A stretch of DNA of 64,000 nucleotides from a virus: positions 3,504-67,503 of IMG/VR virus record IMGVR_UViG_3300031576_000035. One strand, written 5' to 3'. Below, in pieces: positions 57,959-64,000 of this stretch. Below the pieces are notes generated by a model. The model made no database searches. It was not told the origin of the DNA and worked only from the letters and a program-made list of their open reading frames with translations. Position numbers and translations under genes: made by a program. Position 1 is the first letter of the stretch. Each line of letters starts with the position of its first letter.

Positions 57959-60439
57959 TTATCTCGGAATTTGATCATCCTCCAGCGTTACCCCCCTGTG
58001 GCAACGGACGCCGTAACCGCCCTTGCATGACGGGTAACCTTTTTGTTCCAGGCGTTTGCCGAAGGCTTTCTTGGTCGTAAGTTTGTCTCCCGACCATGCG
58101 ACGTAGGCCGAAAACAGTGATTCGGTAGTTCCTCGCAGTTCGGGGTGAACCTTACAGCACTCGCCGATGAACTCGCCAATCAGATCCATTTCCGTCTGGT
58201 ACATGGCAGTCGCTTGTCGAACCTCGTCCGGTTCTCCGAGGCCATGCAACATCCATTGGCGACATCCGCGCACAGACCAGGCCAGGATGCCGGGCAGTTC
58301 GATTTCGAGCTTATCCTTCAAGTGTTGATCCTTTTCCGACTCCGCAATTGTGACCAAAAACGGCAGCATTTTGATGCGCCTCCAGATGGCGTGATCGGTC
58401 CCACGGATGATGGGGAGATGGTTGGCAGCCAGGAATAGCTTGTACGTCGGCAGGAACTCGAAGAAATTCTGATACATTCTGCGTGCGCGAACGGCTTCAC
58501 CACCTGTCAATTGCTTGACGAGCGATTCAGCCAAACGCTTTCCGTCCTCTGTCTCGATGGTTGCCACGAACCGCCGGCCGAAGAGATCGGCACGTTCCGT
58601 GGGATGCGATTCGTTGTGCTTGACCATGAGAAGTTCAGGGACCGCCTGGCAAGCATAGTCGCCCAGCATGTGGCGAATGGTGTTGAGATAGGTTGATTTT
58701 CCGTTAGCACCTGACCCATGAAAAAAGAACAGGCACTGTTCGCTGACATCGCCTGTCAGCGAATATCCCGCCAGTCGCTGAAGGTATCCCATGAGATTCT
58801 GGTTGCCGTTCATTATCTTGGCCAGGAACATGTCCCAGATCGGGCAGGACGCATCCGGACGATATTCGACTGGACATAGCTTGGTTATCAGATCGGAGCG
58901 ATTGTGGGGCCGCATAGAACCCGTGCGCAGATCGAGCGTACCGTTGGCGACGTTGAGCAGGAACGGATCCGCGTCCATTTGGTCAGGAAGGATCGGAATC
59001 GTGGGTTCACTGCGCATCAGATCGAGGCACGCATTGATCTTGCGGGCGTCCTGCCAGTGGAGACAGTGCTTGAGTAAACGATTGAGCGCGGCCAGTTCGG
59101 CTTCGCGTTCCGCGTGATCCAGAACCGCGACTGGCAATCTCCCGATCTGCTCGGTTGTTTCCCGCCAGAGAGTGTCTTGAGTGATCTTGACCCGCCGTGT
59201 CGCCACGGCTGTTTGATCGTTGGCCCAGCGTCGGCCATCCCACACCAGCCAGGACTTCCAGGGGTGACAGTAGCGCAGATCAAGGCCATGCGCTGCCACG
59301 ACACGTCGGGCGTTGCCAAGGTCGGTGAGATGCAGTTCCGGCGCTCGCGGCGGCGGTTGCTCACCGTTGGCGACCACCGCCTCGGGCGCCTGGCGCCGGC
59401 GTTGCCCCTGCTCGCCATACCCTTGCGCCCCGAGCGCCCGTGCAGCTGCCGCGTAATCACCGCCATGTTCCAGCAGTGTCAAGGCGGCAAACTTCGTGTA
59501 GCAGGTGCAGTTGCGCCCGTTGGACGGGCCATCGAACGGCGCCGCGTTCGAGGAGAACACAGCCAGGTAATCGATTCTCCCGTCCGCGTTCTTGCAGACT
59601 CCGGTAGTCGCGCTCCAGCCAGGAACCGTCTTGCCGGGGCGGCGCCAGTAACGCACGTCGCCGACTGTGCGTATACACTGCCAGCCGTGCGGTTCGAGGA
59701 GCGCTGCCCAGTCCGGTCCGCGAAAATTGAAATCATCGCCAGGACGCAGGCCGTCGCCAGGCCTCGACGAGCCGCTGCTAGGTGCTGGCGGCGGCACCGA
59801 GCGATCGAACGACGCGGCACAGCGCCAGAGCACGTCGCGTTCCTCGGGGGTGATCGTGTTCACGTTGCACAATTCCGGGCCGCTGTAATGCTCGTAGAGC
59901 CGTCCCGTGGGGTGGCATGCGGCCGGACATCCAGGAGCCAGGGCGTAGCCTCCCTCACCGCGCGTCTGGATCAGCACACGCTCACGCTTCGACGCGGGCG
60001 CCGGATCCAGGGCGATGTCCACATTGCCTGGGATGACGGCGTCAGGACAGCGGTAGCTCGCGTGACAACCAGGCTTGGGTGTGCGCGTGACCGTCAGACG
60101 GTCGATCAATCCAGGACGTTCCGCTTCGACGAGGGAGCACCAGGCCGGGAAGATGTGATCGGCCTGGTGATCGAAATCCAGGGTTTCGAGGCGGCCGCTA
60201 ATCGCGCCGCCGATGATGCCGATGCCACGCCGGCCGTCGCCGAACCAGCGGATGAGTTCCTCGTCCGTTGGCAGACGCTCTTGCAGAGGCAACCAGGATG
60301 ATTTATGGCGGTCGGGGTTGGCGGGATCGGGAATGCGCGGCAAGACGCGGCCATCGGGGGCTTTGCTGCCATCGGCGGCGATCGGCAGAACGGACAGGCC
60401 AGCCGCTACGTATTTACGAGCCAGTTCGAGAGTCGTCAT
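57959..60439 (-). CDS. bifunctional primase-polymerase plus P4/D5 SF3 helicase
   Basis: LDFD, TPKPGCH, RGEGGY; TDLGNA, Walker A GSGANGKST, KQLTGG, WRRI. Confidence 0.92.
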   Translation of the reverse strand: MTTLELARKYVAAGLSVLPIAADGSKAPDGRVLPRIPDPANPDRHKSSWLPLQERLPTDEELIRWFGDGRRGIGIIGGAISGRLETLDFDHQADHIFPAWCSLVEAERPGLIDRLTVTRTPKPGCHASYRCPDAVIPGNVDIALDPAPASKRERVLIQTRGEGGYALAPGCPAACHPTGRLYEHYSGPELCNVNTITPEERDVLWRCAASFDRSVPPPAPSSGSSRPGDGLRPGDDFNFRGPDWAALLEPHGWQCIRTVGDVRYWRRPGKTVPGWSATTGVCKNADGRIDYLAVFSSNAAPFDGPSNGRNCTCYTKFAALTLLEHGGDYAAAARALGAQGYGEQGQRRRQAPEAVVANGEQPPPRAPELHLTDLGNARRVVAAHGLDLRYCHPWKSWLVWDGRRWANDQTAVATRRVKITQDTLWRETTEQIGRLPVAVLDHAEREAELAALNRLLKHCLHWQDARKINACLDLMRSEPTIPILPDQMDADPFLLNVANGTLDLRTGSMRPHNRSDLITKLCPVEYRPDASCPIWDMFLAKIMNGNQNLMGYLQRLAGYSLTGDVSEQCLFFFHGSGANGKSTYLNTIRHMLGDYACQAVPELLMVKHNESHPTERADLFGRRFVATIETEDGKRLAESLVKQLTGGEAVRARRMYQNFFEFLPTYKLFLAANHLPIIRGTDHAIWRRIKMLPFLVTIAESEKDQHLKDKLEIELPGILAWSVRGCRQWMLHGLGEPDEVRQATAMYQTEMDLIGEFIGECCKVHPELRGTTESLFSAYVAWSGDKLTTKKAFGKRLEQKGYPSCKGGYGVRCHRGVTLEDDQIPR

Positions 60440-60650
60440 GACAGGATCCCAAAACGCTGGATCCTGCCTCAGTCCCCCCTGGCCGTTTTGCTTTCCCAGA
60501 ACACGAAAAAAGCAAAACAGAGGGACCGGGACAGGATCCAGCGACGGATTATCTCTGTCATGTGTTCTGTACGGATTCCCACCTTCCGCCACCCGGCCAG
60601 AGGCGGGCGAAAGGCTACGAGTCTACTTGTACTCCCGGCGAAGGGAGGTG

Positions 60651-60920
60651 TCAATCTGGGAATTGCTCGGGATCGATCAGTCCCAGGTCTTCGGCGGCTC
60701 GCTGCGCCATGGCGCTGATTTGAACCAGTTCGTGGAGCATGCGAATCTTGCTTCGGTTCTCAGATTTCAGCTTCACTTCCTCCCAGAACTCGTCAACCTC
60801 CTCGAGGATCACGGCGTAGGCTTCGTGACTGCTTCTCTGCGGGCCGTGCTTGGCGCGGGCTGCGATCAGTTCGGCTCTGACGATTTTGGCAAAAGGACTC
60901 ATGTGGTTCCTCAGAGTCAT
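60651..60920 (-). CDS. small MazG-like helical protein
   Basis: HEAYAVILEEVDEFWEEVK...ELVQISAMA. Confidence 0.55.
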   Translation of the reverse strand: MTLRNHMSPFAKIVRAELIAARAKHGPQRSSHEAYAVILEEVDEFWEEVKLKSENRSKIRMLHELVQISAMAQRAAEDLGLIDPEQFPD

Positions 60921-60922
60921 GG

Positions 60923-61700
60923 TTAAAGGCGAATAGTATCAAGAGAGGCTGCTGAATCGGCTGAGTGGGTAATTACTGCCAGCACTTTTAGTCGCCACTG
61001 AAGCGCGAACTTCAGACAATTGGCGCAGTTTCCGTGCTGGCATCCAGTGAGCGGCGGCTTCCTTCTGGCGTCCAGGCTCCAGGCCATTGAATCCGCACTG
61101 CGCAGGTAAGCAGCTACGTTGGCCAGTCCTCTCAACTTGAACCCGAAGCCGTGCAGCTTGATTCCCCGACTCCAGAGTTCACGGATGAGATCCTCCACGA
61201 CTCCGGTTGCCTGCCGGCGGCACACGGATCCTAGACCTACCAGGGGCTCGTCCGCCAGGACAGTACCGCTTTCCTGGTACATCTCGACATGTATGAGGTA
61301 ATCGTCGTACTCCCATCCCTGGAGCACTGGCACCCAGGGGATTGCCGGCGCCAGTTTTTTGAGCCTGTGCCAACTGTCTATCGTCCGCCTCTGGTGCTCG
61401 TGAACACCCTTGCCAGTTTTGGCGAGGATGAATGGCTCGCACATCCAGTCCTGGATGGCGGCCCATTGGAGTTGGCCGACTTTCTCGGCCCATGAGTTGG
61501 CCTCGTCAGCATACTGGTTAGCGGAGGTTTGCCCCCCCCCCATGCAAACTCAGTTCTGAAAATCCTCCAGAGTCGAGCGCCCAGGGACCGAGAGCCCTGG
61601 GTACTCGTCTTGTGCGAAGCCGCCGAGCCGAGAGAAAGAATGGAACCGCAGTACGTTCGATCCATTCCGTGCAGTGCGTGCCAAGCCAGAAGGTACACAT
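60923..61700 (-). CDS. DpdA/TGT-like protein, frameshifted at a G10 tract
   Basis: WALDSGGFSEL in one frame, QDWMCEP, PVLQGW, GLGSVCRR, LHGFG, SADSMAWS in the next; break at C10 61532-61541. Confidence 0.65.
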
Positions 61701-61708
61701 CGGTCCTG

Positions 61709-61980
61709 TCAAGGTAAGGATACCACCTCCCCACCGTCCCTGGTGCCAAGAGCAAACAGGACGGCGAGAGGCGTGGCCTCACTCATGAAGCGGACACTGC
61801 CATCGGCCATGAGGAAGTTGGCGCCGTTGGTATGGTAGGAGGCCGGCTCGTTGTTGTTGTAGCGATCGTGGCACGGCCGATTCGGCGCTCGACCCCAAAG
61901 CGTCTTTTCGTTGTTGATCAAGTTGGAGTTGCCGCTACTGCTGTCCGGCTCTCCCCACCTCCAGTGAGCACGGCCTGCTC
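61709..61980 (-). pseudogene. C-terminal fragment of a DUF1559 (H-X9-DG) planctomycete protein
   Basis: SYHTNGANFLMADGSVRFMSE...ALGTRDGGEVV; no prepilin N-terminus. Confidence 0.75.
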
Positions 61981-62228
61981 CTGTGACCGGATCCAGGCTT
62001 ACGGGTGGCGTGCTCGCCCGGCAAGTCCCAACCAGAATTCCACCCGGCCTCGCGTAGCCCCTTGTGCAGGCCGTAGGGCCTGCTCGATCTATCGATTGGG
62101 TCTTGCCATTTGGCACCGCTTTTGCAAGAATGGCGAGGGGCGGGCGGAGGCGGAGGTACCGGTGGCGGTTCCTCGTCGTCGTCGGCACCGGCACGGCCCT
62201 CCCCGTGCGGCCCGCCCCTCTCTACTTG

Positions 62229-62756
62229 TTAGTTCTCACTTGCCGCATTCTTCCTGAAGAAATCAATCGCTTCAAGAGCGGCATCCCGGGCTGCAACAAG
62301 TTCTCGTAGCGTTGCAGCGTCAGCAGTGCCTCTCACCTGGCGAAGAGCCCTCCAAAACTCCTGTTGTAGGTGCGTGGGTACCATAAACCAATGCTTGCGG
62401 CACATGACGTACCCAACAGGCAGGGTTTCATTGCAGCCAATGATTGGACAAAGGTCCTTGATCGCCAATTAGAACTCCTGTTCGCGGGAGATCCGCAGGT
62501 TGACCAGGCCGGCGTACACGCCAGTCTCCACCGGCAGTTCAAGCATTTCCCCGATTTCGAAGTAGTCCTTGGGCTCCCATTCTTCGACCATTACCATCCG
62601 TGGACCAAGCGTGTAGGTAATGACCTCAGTTTGATTTTCGCCGATGTGGCGGCGGATTCGCCTTTCCACTCGGCCTCGGACGATCAGTCCCCAACTCTGG
62701 ACTGCCTTCTGCTCCGGAGTCTCCGGATCCAACTGGTCCGTCATTTTCTTGGCCAC
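62229..62756 (-). CDS. two small hypothetical genes (62229-62468 Cys/His-type, 62469-62756)
   Basis: CPIIGC...MCRKHW; abutting ORFs. Confidence 0.55.
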
Positions 62757-63910
62757 TGATCCACCTCCAAGCTTCACCTTTGAGCCATACGTACCACACG
62801 CCACGCATGATACGCCGGCCAACGGCTTTAGCTGCCTTGGGACCGGCTCCTTTTTTCTGACGCACCCGCAAGGCCCGGCCCCATTTGCCCAGCGGGTTGT
62901 CCTGAATCTGCAACACACGTTGGGCACATTGGATGATCGTGCGTTGCAGAAACTTGTTACCTTGTCGTGTCACATGGGCTGTGACCTTGCCGGCACTGAC
63001 ACGCAGGGATGGATCGAATCCAGCCCAAGCGATGAAGGATTTGATGTTGGGGAAGCGGTCGAGTGCTGAGACTTCGGCCATAATATGGAGCGAACCAAGT
63101 GGCCCCACTCCCGGAATAGTTTCGAGGAGCCTTTTGAGTTCGCTTCCGGAAATAGGGCCATTAATTGTCTCATAAGTAAGCGATAGCAGCGATGCTTTTG
63201 CTTCTGACTCAGCGGCTTTGGCGAAGGCTTCATAGCGATCAACCTCCTCGTAAGCTCTCAAAATAAGAGCACGAACCCGTGCAGGCAGAGGAAGCCCGGA
63301 GCAGCAGTCACGCGCTTCTGCTCCTTTAGGCTTCTTGCCCTGCATGAAATCTTCGATTATCGGACGAACTGCGGCTTCTCGAATGGGTCCCAAGGTCTGG
63401 AACGTGTATCCGTATTGGAGGAGTATCGTGCCGACGGACATCGCATGTTGTGTGGCCATACGGTTGTACTTCCAGCGGCGACGGAGCAATAAACGTCCTT
63501 CTTGGATCGCTAACGGATAGAAATAGCCGCCGAGCCAACGACCCATGAGATCGCCTTCAGCGAGAATGCGGGAGTCAACATGATCAGTCTTGCGGGAGCC
63601 GAGTTTAGCATGGTTGGGGTTGATGACCGTAGCGCCAATGGTGCCCCATGCATGGACGAGCGGAAAGTGGTAGCAAGCTGTGGATTCTACACAATAGTGA
63701 TAGGGATCGGGGTTGATTTGATGGGCTGCAAGTACGGAGCGTGTCCACGCTTGAGCCTTTTTCAGTGCTGAAAAACGAGAAGGAAATTCCTTCCGTTTTT
63801 GAAGCTGCTTGTGATGCGTGAAGTCGGGAATGGCGACCGTCACTACGATGAACTGAGAGTGACAATCTACGCCTATTCCGTAATCACGCCAGTGCCCGGG
63901 TTCCCAACAT
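62626..63910 (-). mobile_element. IS110-family DEDD transposase/recombinase (5' end in low-quality sequence)
   Basis: In-frame GIGVDCH upstream of the called start, VESTA, KTDHVDS, TIPGVG, WAGFDP...SAGK, GNKFL. Confidence 0.85.
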
Positions 63911-64000
63911 TCTTCACCCCCCCCCCCCCCCCCCCCTTCTTTTTAAGGGTGGTTTTTTTTTTTTCACCTTTTTTTGGTTTCGGGGGTTGTGAGGTTCCTT

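Noticed and set aside
63911-64000. Poly-C/poly-T tracts as a regulatory or G-quadruplex element
   Set aside because: Low-complexity run at the window edge, most likely poor-quality sequence

Overview
This GC-rich 64-kb window is most of the genome of a tailed (siphovirus-like) phage or prophage, with nearly all genes on the minus strand. The inferred host is a planctomycete, probably Gemmataceae, based on a DUF1559/H-X9-DG tail fragment, TIGR02996-like proteins, planctomycete-type CxxCH proteins and a recalled Gemmata-type hypothetical. Read right to left, it contains: an IS110 recombinase; a frameshifted DpdA/TGT-like gene; a Prim-Pol/D5 primase-helicase with a double-cruciform origin; VRR-NUC; a PAPS-reductase-like gene; a truncated, apparently nuclease-dead Cas12f/TnpB-like gene with a partner ORF and a 37-nt-repeat mini CRISPR array; terS; a terL split by about 2 kb of inserted genes; portal, head and tail modules interleaved with many extra genes (glycosyltransferases, HNH, DHH, ThyX); a lysis-position cassette (PAS, holin-like genes, astacin-like protease, two c-type cytochrome-like proteins); a divergent XRE repressor / Csx16-like gene pair; and an early region with strong promoters, membrane micro-proteins, a 390-bp duplication and a tRNA-like RNA. 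The best candidate for a new system is the phage-borne dead-Cas12 + partner + CRISPR array at 53.0-55.0 kb. No integrase was seen. All family calls come from motif recognition by eye, not database searches.
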